Shown here piece after piece: positions 34,034 to 48,249 of a stretch of DNA of 64,000 bases. The notes beneath the pieces are model-generated. The model was not told where the DNA came from. It did not search any database and was given only the letters and a program-made list of their open reading frames with translations. The DNA comes from Felis catus (Eukaryota): NCBI RefSeq assembly GCF_018350175.1, contig NC_058380.1:73346001-73410000 (forward strand), given 5' to 3'. Positions within the stretch are counted from its first letter, which is position 1. The number at the start of each line of letters is the position of its first letter. The translations under genes were made by a program, and so were the position numbers.

Positions 34034-35549
34034 GCGTCTGCAGGGGGGGGGGGGGGGGCACGTCCACCCCAGGTCTGCCAGGGGTTAAAGGGAACCTGAG
34101 CCGGACAAGATCCCCTCCACAACCTAAAGGTCTTCTCTTTCCAGGCCTTGTGTGTCAACGTTGCTGGCACTTCCTCACAGCAGAAGATCCTGGAATGAGA
34201 CGGCAGTGATGTGGAAGTTCAGGCCTTGGAGTCAGAGACAGATTGGGTTCAAATTCTGATGCTGCCAACTGACTGTGTGGCCCTAGGAGTGTCACTCTCT
34301 GAATCTGTCTCCTAATGGAAGAGGAGCACCATGTCCCAGCCTCACCAGATTGTTGCCTTAAATGAGGTCGTCCGCTCATCCCACGACAAATTTCTGGGCA
34401 CCTACTGTGCACTAGATACTAGGGAACAGGATAGGTTTCCAGCCCTTATGGCATTTAGACAAAGAACTATGCAAACACTTAAGCATAACGAAGTCAGCAT
34501 GTGCCACAAGGATGTAAACCCAGGGATCCCATCTAGTTTGTTGAGCTTCGTAAGAAAGTCAACTTTCAGTGGAGATCTGAAGAATGACTATGCAGGAAAA
34601 AGAGGTAGTTAAGTGTTCCCGGCACTGGAAACTGCAAGTGCAAAGGCCCCGAGGTAGGTCAACAGCAAGTCGGCTGCTTTGGGTAGATGGGGGTTGCTGA
34701 GGCAGGGCCTTGTAGGTCCAGGTAAGGAAACAGTTATGATTGCTATTACTATTGTTAACAATGCCAAAGACACAGATGCAGACCATGGGACCAACCCCTT
34801 GTTTTGGGAAGAATGAGCCAGAGAGGGGCAGATACTTGCTTAAGGTGAGTCTGTGACACAGCCAACACCAGAACCTAAACTTCCAGACTCCGGCCAGTGC
34901 ACCCTTCCACTGCATCATGCTTAGACAAATGTGGATTTTAAAACAATCTGGTTTTGGTGAATCTGCACAAAAGGCAAACAGAGAAGCCCAGTCCTGACTC
35001 TATGCCGGAGCCCCAGCTTCATCTTCACTGGAGGTAACAAGGTCGGCCTGCCTGGGTGCAGAGCCAACGAAAGGATCACGGACTCCATGCACAAGAAACG
35101 AATTCCTCAGCCTGTGGTCCAGAGGCTGGGTGGAGCTTCTTGCCCCAGACACTGGATTCCAGACAGTCCGAGGTTGTCTAGTCGCAAACTGAGGGGCCAG
35201 AGTTCAGAGCACAGCCAAAAGTTGCCGCTGAGGAAGGGAAGTGGCTGGTGAATCTGGGGACAAGCCTTAGGGGAAGTCTGTCAAGGAAATGAATTTAAAT
35301 GAATCTGGAAATTATGGAGACCCATCCAAAGACCCTCTCTCACTTTACTGGTGGGTAGATGGAGGCCCGGCGAGGGGCGGGAACTCGCCCAAAGCCACGC
35401 AGGAAGTCAGTGGCACAGCGAAGACTAGAACAACGAGCTCTGGCTCCCGACCCACAGCATTTCCCATTTCTGGAAGCTGGGGCTGAGGGCTCTGGCCCAC
35501 AAGCCTGAATTGCTCGGCCTTCCTTCTCACCTCCAGGGCTCGATGGCGA

Positions 35550-36210
35550 CAAAGTCCAGGTAACCCGCTGTTAGAGCGAAATCTCTACAGCTGCCGTTTG
35601 CAGCGTGACCTGGGGCGTGACGTGGCTGCGGCCGCACTCCTGGGGCCCCTTCTCAGCTCCAGCGCGCCCCGGAGCCTCGGCGCCCGCCCCCGGCCCCGGC
35701 CCCGGGGCTCAGGACCCACTTACTCCGCAGTGAAGCCTGTGCAGGGAAAGCCGCAGCAGCCCGGCGGCTCGGAAGAGGCGCGCAGGCGCCCGACCGCGTG
35801 GCGGAGCCAGAGGCCCGCCCCCTCCTCGCCCCGCCCCCGGCCCTGGGCCTTCACCGCTCCTCCTCCGGCTGCTTCCTTACAGCCTCTCCCGGCTCCCGTC
35901 CTCTCCGCCTCCCGCCGCACCTTCACCTGCCTCAGTGCGGCGCCCTCGGTCACCCGCCCACACTGCACTTCTCTGCCTTCCTTCTCCTTTCCGTCTCCCT
36001 CTCTACCCTTGCGTGAGACCCCGCACCCTCTCATTCCCGGTCCGCCCCGCCCCACCCCGCCTCTCCCGGTCACCTTGCACACTCTCCTTCCTCTTTCCCT
36101 GCCCCGCCTTCGTCGTCTGTCCCTTATCCCCCTTTGTGCGATTTCTCCCTTCTCCTCCTCCCCACACCCCTCCGCCTTTCTCGGACCCGGACGCCCCCGG
36201 GAGGTTCCCA
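35550..36210 (-). promoter_or_regulatory. HDHD3: HDHD3 promoter CpG island and non-coding exon 1 (donor at 35724)
   Basis: CpG island; minus-strand donor GGA|GTAAGT (ACTTAC 35718-35723); NRF1-like GCGCAGGCGC 35780-35789; GC boxes. Probable acceptor of the coding exon TTCCAG| at 34189. Confidence 0.75.
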
Positions 36211-37313
36211 GGATGACTTGGGAAGAGGGGGATTTGGGTCCCCTTCTGGATTGCTGAGTGCTGTGTGGACTTGGACAGGGCGCTTTCCCTCTCTGGTTTG
36301 AGTTTCCAGTCGGTACTAGGAAGGAATTGCTTTCACGTGGAAACTTGTCTAACTCAAGGCAGTTTGCTGAGGTTAGGGTCCTCTGCAGTAATCTAGCTGC
36401 TTTTTTTTTTTTCCATTTGATATAAAATAATCATCCTCAAAAATGTTTAAAAGTATAAACTGTTTAAACTAAAAAGCCCAATCTCTCTGGGTGAGATGGT
36501 TAGGGGAGGGGCAAAGATCTGAATGGCTGCCTGGTGAAGATTAAGGGACGAGTACTGCAGGTGAGAAAACTGGGAGAGCAAAGGTGCTGGGGCCCCAGCC
36601 TGTTTACTGAGCTAGGGCAGTGGCTCATGGGGGCAGGGAGAAAAGGAGGGCCTCTGCCACCCCACCCCCCACCCCCTTATTCCCCAGGGGTTGCTGCAGT
36701 AGCAGTTTTGGTTATTATGCTATCATTTTTCTAGGAGCACACAAACCTGCATATATTTTTTCTTCCTTCTTCTCTGCACCCCACCCCCTCTTTTTAAAAC
36801 AAAACTTCCTCCTATATTCTAAGGCTGGTCTGTTCGCTTCATTCAGAACCACCTGACCCTCCCTGGGCTCAGGCCTGGGAGGAAATACAAAGTGCAGAGT
36901 CACAGACCCTAGTGCTGTCACAGACAGCAAGGGGGAGCTTGACTTCCAAGCTAATTATGTGTTACAAGCGTGATTCCTACAAAGTAGAAAGTGTGAGTAG
37001 GAGGCCAGAGGCCCATCTGCATTTCACAGAAGGGAGTTCAGGTTCCAGGGTCACCTAAAGCGCATTTCCTTAGGTTCTGGTCCCAACTCTGCCACCTGAT
37101 TCTTGGTGAGCCCTTCACTGAATTCTTTTCCTCTCTGGGCCCCAGTCCCCAATATGCAAAATTGGGAGATTGGACAAAATAACTTCCAACTGAAGTCCAG
37201 GCCAGCTTCTAAGTTTATTTCCAAGGTAATTAACTTTGTCCACAGAACCTCAGTTTTTCCATACGTCAGGATTAAATGAGATCACATGAAAAAAGCTCTT
37301 TGAGAAGATGATT

Positions 37314-37711
37314 TTTTTTTTCTTTCAATTTTTTAGGGGCCTCGGGCTGACTGAGTAGGTAGGGCATGCGACTCTTGATCTCATGGTTGTGAATTCAAGC
37401 CCCACGTTGGGGCTTACTTTAGAGATTCCTTAAAATATAACAATACAACAAAATTAAAAAAAAATCTGAGTATAGTTGACACACAATGTTACATAGTTTC
37501 AGGTGCACAACATAGTAATTCAACTTCTTTATACGCAGCATAAGCTGTGCTCACAAGTGTAACTACCACCTGTCACCATACAACACTATTACAACATCAC
37601 TGACTGTATTCCCTATGCTGTACTTTTTATTCCCATAACTTATTCATTCCATAACTGGAAGCCTGTCTCTCCCACTCTGCTTCACCTGTTTTGTCTGTCT
37701 GTCCACCCCCT
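37314..37711 (-). mobile_element. 5'-truncated carnivore L1 3' end with a SINE inserted in its tail
   Basis: L1 3'UTR motif GTATAGTTGACACACAATGTTACA...; TSD AGAAGATGATT at 37303 and 37712; plus-strand short SINE at ~37335-37462. Confidence 0.75.
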
Positions 37712-37979
37712 AGAAGATGATTCTTTTCAGATAATTGAGTCTCCTGAGAGGTTCAGGATTTTGTTGGGTCATGTAACTATTTCAACCCGGGGCACCTGTT
37801 GCACAAGGCAGGTGTGTCCCTTGTAATCCATGTGAACGTGGCCCTCATTTTACCATTTGTCCTTTACATTCTGCCTTTTTCTTTCTCTGAGTAACATTTC
37901 AACAGAGATAAAGGAGACTTGAGTGTCACAGAAAAGCCAAGGGCAGGTCCCTGCTGTTCTGAAACAAGAAACAAGCTTA

Positions 37980-38011
37980 AAAAATTTTTTTTAAATGTTT
38001 ATTCATTTTTG

Positions 38012-38062
<51 letters not shown>

Positions 38063-39721
38063 ATGAGCGGGGGAGTGCAAAGAGGGAGGGAGACACAGAA
38101 TCCAAAGCAAGCTCCAGGCTCTGAGCTGCCAGCACAGATCCTGACGTGGGGCTCAAACCTGTGAACCGCGAGATCATGACCTGAGCCAAAGAAACACACT
38201 TAACCCTGTGCCACCCAGGCTCCCCAGAAACAAGCTTCTTTCTGGTTTTCCAGTTCAAAAATGGGTACACTTGGGGCACCCAGCTGGCTCAATCGGTAGA
38301 GTGGGCGACTCTTGATCTCAGGGTCATGAGTTCAAGCCCCACATTGGGTGTAGTGGTTATAGTTTCCTAAGTCAGATGGCAGAAATCCTCCTTGGAGGGT
38401 TTCATCCCTTGACCTATCCTGTGTGGGCTGTGGCCTCACGATTGCCCCTGGAGACACCTGGGGTGTAATTAGACCAAACACTGCCATAGATCCACTGCTC
38501 GTGGAGGAAGCCAAGTTTTTTATATGAGGCTTTTGCCCTTGAGAATCTCATGTTCTCATACATAAGTAAACCCAGCCTGGGGCCGCCAGACAGCTCTCCC
38601 TTTACCTAAACATTTTCATGTACTTATATAACTTATATTAAAATATATCATAGAGGAAAGTGCAAACAAATGTCCATGTCCTTGAATTTTTACAAAGTAA
38701 ACACTCCCATGCAGCCAGTACTCAGACCAAGAAAAAACATTTCCAGAACTCTAGAGACCTCGTCCACTTCTGCTTGCTTACCCCCGCCTGGTTCAACTGG
38801 ATTTTGACCTGTAATATAAATGGGATAATACAGCATACACTTTTTTGTCTTGCCTCTTTTGCTCAAGTTTTGTTTGTAAGATTTATCCATGTTGCTGTGT
38901 TCTTGCAGGTCATTCATTCTCCTACCTGTAATATTCCATGATATGAATATGCCACATTTTATTGTTTTTTTTTAAAATGTTATTATTTTTCAAGATTTTA
39001 TTTTTAAGTAGTCTCTACACCCAATGTGGGGCTCAGACTCACAATCCTGAGATCAAGAGTTGTGTGTTCTACCAACTGAGCCAGCCAGGCGCCTGTTTTT
39101 TTTTTTTTTTTTCTTTTCTTTTTTAATACGAAATTTATTGTCAAATTGGTTTCCATACAACACCCAGTGCTCGTCCCAACAGGTGCCCTCCTCAATGCCC
39201 ATCACCCACTTTCCCCTCCCTCCCACCCCCCATCAACCCTCAGTTTAGTCTCAGTTTTTTTTTTTTAAGTGAACTTTTTAAAAAGTACTTGGGGCTTGAA
39301 CTCATGACCCTGAAATCAAAGGGTCACGTGCTGTACCAACTGAGCCAGCCAGGCAACCCACCACAATGTACTGTTGATGGGCACTTGGGTTATCTCCAGT
39401 TTTTGGTTATTACAAACATTAGAAAATGTTGATATGAACATTCTTGAATATGTAGGTCTTTGGGTGAACATATGCACACATTTCTGTTAGGTAAATACCT
39501 AGATGTGGAATCATGGAGTCAGGAACTATCTATGTGTTCAGCTTTAGTGGATAGGGCCGGTTTTCTGAAGTGGTTGTACCAGTAATGTCTCAGAGTTCCA
39601 ATAGCTGCACATTCTCAACCATTGGCTTATCTCTTTTTAAAACTAGGCACTTTGATAGAAGTATGGTGGTATCTCATTGTGTTAAAAAAAAATTTTTTTT
39701 AATGTTTATTTATTTTTGACA

Positions 39722-39756
<35 letters not shown>

Positions 39757-39925
39757 CATGAGTGCGGGAGGGGCAGAGAGAGAGAGGGAGACACAGAATC
39801 GGAAGCAGGCTCCAGGCTCTGAGCTGTCAGCACAGAGCCTGATGTGGGACTCGAACCCACAAACCGTGAGATCATGACCTGAGCCGAAGTCGGATGCTTA
39901 ACCGACTGAGCCACCCAGGCGCCCC
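37980..39925. mobile_element. SINEs, a young felid L1 3' end (~39095-39250, minus) and old L1 fragments
   Basis: L1 tail AATTTATTGTCAAATTGGTTTCCATACAACACCCAGTGCTC; SINEs at 37980-38225, 38273-38350, 38990-39093, 39270-39360 and 39685-39925. Confidence 0.8.
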
Positions 39926-40329
39926 ATCATTGTGGTTTTAATTTGAATTTCTATGTTGACTAATGGAGATAACACCTTTTCATATATGTATTAGCCATGT
40001 TTTCATTTATTTTTATTTACACAAATAACACACAAATATAACTTTCTTAGATAAAACACATGAATATAAAAATGCATCTGAAGCTAGGAGAATACCTAAA
40101 AAGCTAAAGTTCCCCTGAAACCAATCCCTTCTCCAGTTTTGAGCACTGGACTTGGAGTCTGGAGACCTGAAGCCCAGCCCTGGTCTGCCAATGGCTTGTG
40201 TGGATTTGAACAATTTCCCTTTCTGGGTTTGTCTCCCATCTATACAATTAGAGTGTGTAACTAGATGGTCTCTAAAGACCTCTTTGCTGTCCTGACCACT
40301 GTTTGAGTGATTACAAGACACTCCATATG

Positions 40330-42000
40330 ATGGGGATGGCCATTTGCCCCTATATCCATTCTCTCCTTTTTCCTTAGTAACTTAATCCAAGTTTCAGCTG
40401 AGCCACCTGGCTGCCCCACTAGACTCTGTTTTCCAGCCTACCTTACACAACTAGCTGCGACCGTGACTAAGTTCAGACAAGAGCATACAGACAGAAGTGA
40501 TATGTGCAACTTTTAGGGTGTGCCCTTATAAAGAAGCATCTTGCCCTCCATTCATCTTTCTCCTCTTTCTGCTGACTGGAGAGGAGCTAATGGTGGGAAC
40601 TGAACTCGCCATCTTTGACCATGAGATGGAAGCCGAGATGTGTTTAGGAGGACGGAACAAAGAGGGCGCCTGGACCCACCACACCATGTAGCTGACATGG
40701 TCTGGACTGCTCAGAGAGAAATATTTTCTTCTTAGCTATCATTACCTTGGCTTTTGTTATGACCACTGAACTTGAATCCTGACTAATACAGAGTAACTGG
40801 GGAATGACTTTAAATTGGGTGTCAGGGCAGGGTTTCTGAGGAAGTGACGTGTCGGCCAAGATCTTAACAATAAAAAGGAGACAGCCACACAGATTCTGGG
40901 GAAAAGCATTCCAGGCATGGGGGACCACTGCTGCAAAGCTCTGAGACTCCACTAGACTTCTGTGTAATGAGGCAGACCTGGTCAGTCATGGTGCCACATC
41001 TCCCATGCCATTGTTGATGGTGACTGAATGAAGAGGCTGGTTCATATGACCTGAGTGGGGCCAGTCAGAGAGCTCCAGAGATTTGTCATGAATGACGGGA
41101 GAGGGTCTTTCTTTGGGATTGTAAGTCATAAGGACCATTTAAGGATCCTGTGGCTGTCAAGTGGCAAAAACCCATCTTAGAATAAAGCCAAGCTGAGGCA
41201 ACCATATAAGAACTATGAAGAGACATAGCCTCTATGACAGCCTTTAACCCTAGACCCAAGCACACCTGACCTTATTGAAATCCAGTTATAAAAACCAAGC
41301 ATTTGCTTTTTTGCTACTGAATTGGATTGTGTCACTAGCAACCATAAGTATCTGGAATATGGGACGCTGGAAGTCACAGGCCCTTATATGTGGAACTGGC
41401 ACAGTCCATGTAGGCTATGGGGTATGGGGCAGGTCAGGAGTCCTCCCTTCCTAGCTGGGGAATTGTTAGTAAAGTGGTTGGTTGAAATACCTGTTGTTTT
41501 TTGGGACCCTCAACCATTTGCCCACTGAAGGTGTAGTTTTAGGGATCATAGTAGAAAAGTGAGATTGGGGAGCGCCTTGGGTGGCTCAGTCAGTTGAGCG
41601 TCCGACTTCAGCTCAGGTCATGATCTCACGGTTTGTGAGTTTGAGCCCCGTGTCGGGCTCTGTGCTGACAGCTCAGAGCCTGGAGCCTGCTTTGGATTCT
41701 GTGTCTCCTCCACTGTCTGCCCCTTCCATGCTCATGCTGTGTCTCTCAATAATAAACAAACAAAAAAAAAGAAGTGAGATTGGTGGAACGTATTGGCTAT
41801 TTGTTGTGGCCTTTAGGAAGGACCTATAAGAAACAGACAAGCTACCATCTAAGCAGGCACATCAGAGGGAAATAAAGGCAAGTCTCATTAAGAGGCCCTG
41901 AATGCTCACCAACTGCCTGTGATGCTTGGAAGTCTGAGAATATGCCTTGCCAATTGTGAAAGCTGAGTTCTCTCTGCACAAGGATAAAGTTACGACTAGC
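40330..42000 (+). mobile_element. MLT1-type LTR pieces plus MaLR internal fragments, interrupted by the SINE at 41567-41770
   Basis: MLT1J-like motifs (GAAGTGATATGTGCAACTTTT, GCCATCTTTGACCATGAG, GAATCCTGACTAATACA end at ~40790) and a second LTR-like end at ~41345; boundaries approximate. Confidence 0.5.
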
Positions 42001-44913
42001 AAGAGCAGGGCACATAGCAGGAGACTGGGACTGTGGAGGAACTAGATCCTTCAGGACCACCTAAACCCCTTCAGCTTGCCTGCCTGGCCATTGTCTCTGG
42101 AAACAAAACAGTGGGGCTGGAGCAGATACGAGGTGGCTTCTGATGACAAATCCTGACTTCAGAGGGCACCACTGCACATAGACTGTGATGCCTGAAGGCA
42201 ACTCAGCCCTTGGTGTACCCCCTTGAATAGCATCATGTTAGATCCCTAATTTGGCTGTTCACTAGGAGATGGTGTGCACAGTGGTTAAAGGTAGAGGCCT
42301 TGCAGTTGGGCTATGTGGGTTCAAATTCTAGTTCTAACCAGAAGTGTTTTCAGTGATGGGGTTCTAGATCCAGTTCTGCTACAACTTGAGTGGCCCTGGG
42401 TGAGTCATCAACTCTCTAGGTATAGCTCCCTCACTGCAAACCCAAGCTAAATTTAGGACTCCCCCTCTACCCTCTCCCCCAAGCTTTCCCATCTTAGTAA
42501 ATGGCCCATCAGCCGCCAGGAGCTCAAACCAAGTTTATCCTTCCCATGAAATCGACCTCCTAAATCCATTCCCCTCTTCACCCCCTCTGTCACCACTCCA
42601 GTCCAGGCTACAAAATCTCTCCTCTGCGCTTTGCCAGTGCTGTCGAATGTTTTCATCAAATGCAAAATCAGAGTGCGTCGTTCGCCTGCTTAAAATCCTT
42701 CAGATGGCTTTCCGTTCTCTTGGAATAGAGTCTGGAAAGGCTTCCATCTTCCTTACACCCCCGCATGGCTTTTGACCCCCGCATGGCTTGGCCCTGGTCT
42801 TTTTGTCCTTCACTGTGCTCCAGCCACACCTGCTTTGTGTTCTAGCTCATTCTAGACATGGAGTTCCTTCTGCCCGGAGTGCTCTTAGCTTGGCTGCTTA
42901 TCCTTCAGGTCAAGGGTTAAATGTCAGCCTCTCAGGGAAGCATTTTCTGACCCTTCAAACCCAGTCAGGTCCTGGTGACCTTCACAGCGCCCGTCACATC
43001 ACCGGTGACACATCGACCTCCTGGTTCTCCTCACAGAGACTCACCGTCATTCCGCTTAACGTTTACTTCTGGGGCGGGGGGCGGGGGGGGGGGGTCTGGG
43101 ACATATGCAGAGTGGTTTGCCTCCTGTGGAGTTTGTACCTAAAGAGCAAGGTCTGTCTCCTGTCTCTCTATGCTGACAAGAACCAGGCCTCCTATTAGCT
43201 TGGCAATGATGAGTCTGGGATGGTGCTGAAGAACGTTCCCCTTCATACTAATCAGAAATGAGCTCAGGGGCCAGGGGCCAAGGGGCCAGGACATCGGGTC
43301 CTTAGTTAGGTCAGCCGCAGCTCTGACTCAACCAGGAGTCAGAGGAGACTGGTCTGTCTACAGGAGCTGCCGGGAGTTCGTAATTGTACTACTTAAAATG
43401 GATTGTACTGCTTTAAGGTCTGAATTGAACCTGCTTTGGCCCAAGATTTGGGATTTCTTGTCACTTTGCAGATGGGCAGGGAGACTTGCAAAATGGCCCC
43501 TCTATAGCCAGGCCTTAACCTTTCCTAAGAGGAACATTATGCCGTGAGTCTCGGAAGAATGAAAGCACGAATCCAGGCACTCAAGCGAGACACCCACGAG
43601 GGCACCCTTGTCTCCTCTCGTTCCCTAGACTTAAAAAGCTCAGGCAAAATCTGCTAATTCTGCCTGAATTAATAGATCCTGAATACTTCTACTCCTTCCT
43701 GCCTCCGCTGCCACCACCCTGGTCCAGGCCAGTGTCAGTGCTCTCTGGGGTCTACGAGAGCCTCCCAACCAGCCTCTTTCTCACGCTTCCTCTTTTTCAT
43801 GGCAACAGAATGTGGGAAAGTGGAACACACATAACTCCTGGTTAAGATCCTTCAGATGGCTTTCTATCAAGTGCAAAATAAGACCAAGCTTCTTACAAGG
43901 CGCAGGGCCTACCTTTCCAACCTCCGGTCCGGTCAATCACCCTCCTCTTCCTCACCCTGCTCCCAGGAGCCCTGCCAAGCTCCTCCCACTGCAGGACCTT
44001 TGCACACTTTGTGTCATTCTTGCAGCTTCTGGTGCACTTGCCTCTGTTCTCTGGGAGGATCCCTTCTTGTCCCTTGGCCTCAGGGAGGGCTTCTCGACCA
44101 CCCTCTCGAGACACATCCATGGTCTGTTATTTTTGGTGTCAGACCCTTTCTTTCCTTCAAAGCGCTTATTACAACTTGTAACTGCTTTGTTTTCTCATTG
44201 TTGTCTGTCTCCCTATTATCCCTGCATAGATTTCATACACAGAGACAGGCTGAGGTCTGTCCTGCTATATCCCCAGTACCCGGCACTGTGTCTGAGCACC
44301 GAGCCGATGTTCTCAAAAATTTTCTCGACAGAAAAGCCTTTTTGGTGGTGGCATCTTGAACAGCCAGGGACTCTCTCTTTGCTTCTGAACTTTGATCTTC
44401 AGAAGGCAGCGTTTCTGCTCATGAACAAGTAACTCTTCTCTGGGTATATGGCTCAAAGCAGACGATCTCAGGCAGCCTGGCAACATGGACCCAGGTGGGA
44501 AGCACCTTCTGGAGGAATCGTGGCAAATCTCAAGTCTAAACCCGAAGATGTCAATCTAGGCCTCTGTCCCAGGGCCCAGCTATGCTGCCAGAGGCCTCGG
44601 GCTTTCCAGAGCTTCTCATGATTCAAGATGCAACCGCCCTCCTCTTTCCCTAATGCTCCAAGCCCCTCTCCCGGGCCCTGCCAAGCCTGTGCCCTTGGCT
44701 CCCGGTAGCTTTCAAGATGAAGCCACGCCAGAAGAAGGAGCTGGGGTGGTGGAGGAGGGCCTCAGGGATGACCCAGGGGAGGGGCAGGGAAGCCCGGGAT
44801 GGCCGGTGAGACTCGAGTGGCGGGATCTGGCATGCTGGCAGAAAGCATGCTGGCAGAAAGCACCTACCAGCATGTGAACAGGAAGAGCGCGCGGGCACAG
44901 TTCTAAAGCAGCA

Positions 44914-44919
44914 TTTACT
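44914..44919 (-). terminator. Candidate proximal ALAD poly(A) signal (variant AGTAAA)
   Basis: TTTACT on +, ~75 nt after the ALAD stop; I saw no canonical AATAAA nearby. Confidence 0.4.
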
Positions 44920-44991
44920 TTGGTTTTCACTTCTCCAAGGCCCCGGGACCTTTTAGAAGTTCTAGTTACGGGGTCTTGTACGCCGTCTCCA

Positions 44992-45053
44992 TCACTCCTC
45001 CTTCAGCCACTGCAATAGCTGAGGCGTGTAGTAGGTGATGATGACGTCGGCAC
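44992..45053 (-). CDS. ALAD: ALAD exon 12 (last coding exon)
   Basis: (G)ADVIITYYTPQLLQWLKEE*; 62 nt; joined CDS is 993 nt = 330 aa porphobilinogen synthase. Confidence 0.96.
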
Positions 45054-45645
45054 CTGTCGGGGGACAGAGGCAGGAAGCGGGGAGAGGCCAGGCATCAGCT
45101 CTGGGCACACCTTCCGGGAGATGAGGGCCGAGGGTGGGGGAGGCGACTACCATGAAGAGGCACAGCCCGTGGGTGTCACAACAGGAGACTGAGCCCAGCT
45201 CCGGTCAGTTAAGGCTCTGCACAGTGTGTAACCCTGGGCAAGTCATTTTCTCTTACTGGGCCTCAGTTTGCCACCGGATAAAATGCACAACGGGAGAAAT
45301 AAGTAAGTTATAAGTGCCCTTCTGATGCTGTGCACACCAACAAAACCAGTTCCCATTTACGGAGTGGTGAGCATTTGCTGATTATACATATCATCTCATT
45401 TAATCCTCCTGACAGCCATGCATCAGGTACTTTTTATCCCCAGTTTATAGACAAGGACACTGAGGTTCACAGAAGTGGCTTGGCTGAGGTCTCAAAACCA
45501 AAATTAATAGCCAGCTCTGCTGTCTTCCCTGTTCCATGTTCTGTTCTGCAATTCCACATCCCCTCCTCACCCTGTGTTTCGTTATATCACTGGTATTTCC
45601 AGGCATAAGGCTCTAGGCTGTCTCGTGACTTTATTTCCCTTTCTA

Positions 45646-46198
<553 letters not shown>

Positions 46199-46310
46199 TA
46201 GCCTGGCCCCTTCTCGAACTGTGAAAGGATAGGTGCTCAAAGGCCCCTGTGAGCCCCGGGGCCGATGCCCGTGGGGGTTCCGAGGCATGGATGTGGTGGA
46301 AGGATTCCTA

Positions 46311-46743
<433 letters not shown>

Positions 46744-46783
46744 TCAGGGGTTTGAGAGCGGGCCCCTGCCAATCCCCACTTAC

Positions 46784-46839
46784 CGGAAAGGTCCATAGAA
46801 ACAGGATGCAAATTTGGCGCTATAGCTCATCACTGATAC
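46784..46839 (-). CDS. ALAD: ALAD exon 8 (Lys199)
   Basis: VSVMSYSAKFASCFYGPF(R); 56 nt; donor GTAAGT. Confidence 0.96.
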
Positions 46840-47051
46840 CTACAGGGAGAAAGCGGGGGTCAGGGTTCAGGCAGCTCTTTCCAGATGTGTCAGGGTGAAG
46901 TGACAGGGAGAGAAAGGATGTAGGCTGGGAAGCAGAGTGTCCGCGGTCTAGTCCCATTAAAGCTCTGGGCCTTGGTTTCCCCATGTGAGGTGCAGAGGTT
47001 GAGATGGATCCCAAAGGCCTTGTCCAGTGCTGTTTTCACTTCTGTGATTCT

Positions 47052-47123
47052 TTTTTTTTAAGTTTTTTAATTCATTTTATTTTTGAGAGAAAGAGAGAGA
47101 GAGTGTGTGTGTGCGGGAGGGAC

Positions 47124-47182
<59 letters not shown>

Positions 47183-47303
47183 CAAGCAGGCTCCACGGTG
47201 TTAGCACAAGGCCTGACATGGGGCTTGAACCCACGAACCATGAGATCATGACCTGAGCCGAAATCAAGAGTCGGGATGCCTGACTGAGCCACCCAGGTGC
47301 CTC
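47052..47303 (-). mobile_element. CanSINE in ALAD intron 7 with a long (AG)n tract
   Basis: TSD TCACTTCTGTGATTCTT. Confidence 0.9.
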
Positions 47304-47321
47304 TCACTTCTGTGATTCTTA

Positions 47322-47669
<348 letters not shown>

Positions 47670-47773
47670 CTGCAGGACAGATGGCCGGGTTTGGGGGAGC
47701 GTCTAGGTCCCCGGTCTATCCCACCTGCAGGAGGTCTCGGGCAGCAGGACTTGGGGAGGCGAGGGAAGCTCAC

Positions 47774-47909
47774 CACAGTGACCGTGAGAGGTGTAGGGAC
47801 ACAAGCAGACATCACAGGCCACCAGGAGGCTGGGGAACGTCTTGCGCAACAAACGGATAGCCTCGACGGCTGGGGAGTCCTCAGAGTCGGCTGCAGAGCC
47901 CCGTTCGTC
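47774..47909 (-). CDS. ALAD: ALAD exon 5 (Zn-binding Cys122/124/132)
   Basis: [45 protein letters not shown]; 136 nt. Confidence 0.97.
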
Positions 47910-48249
47910 CTAGTGGCCGGGGAAGGACAAAGCGGTAAGTCTGTGACCTAAAGCCCTCCGGAGGCAGGACGGCCAGACCTCATGGACCACCCGGCTCCCT
48001 GCGCGGGGACGCAGTAAGGACTGTCTCCATTTTGCACAGGGCACTTGACCTACCCGGTCAGGGTGTCACAGCCCTACTAGGCTTCCTGTCCCTCCATGGG
48101 TGCGGTCATTAGACAGGGGCAGTGTCCACTCACCCAGGCCCCAGGGCCAGCACGTGGCGGTAATGAGCGTGTGGTCAGCGTGGAACCTCAGCTCACCCTC
48201 ACGCCTCCCTCCCTTCTCCTCCCCTCCAACTCTGCTTCTGGTTCTCCAC

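Noticed and set aside
35598-36257. 219-aa plus-strand ORF over the HDHD3 promoter
   Set aside because: Non-ATG start; low-complexity P/S/L sequence from a C-rich tract.
43812-44432. 206-aa and 167-aa ORFs downstream of ALAD
   Set aside because: Non-ATG starts, largely in L2-like sequence, with no domain or splice support.
44960-44994. Possible stop-codon readthrough of ALAD
   Set aside because: TGA is followed by TGG rather than the CTAG readthrough context, and the extension would be only ~10 codons.
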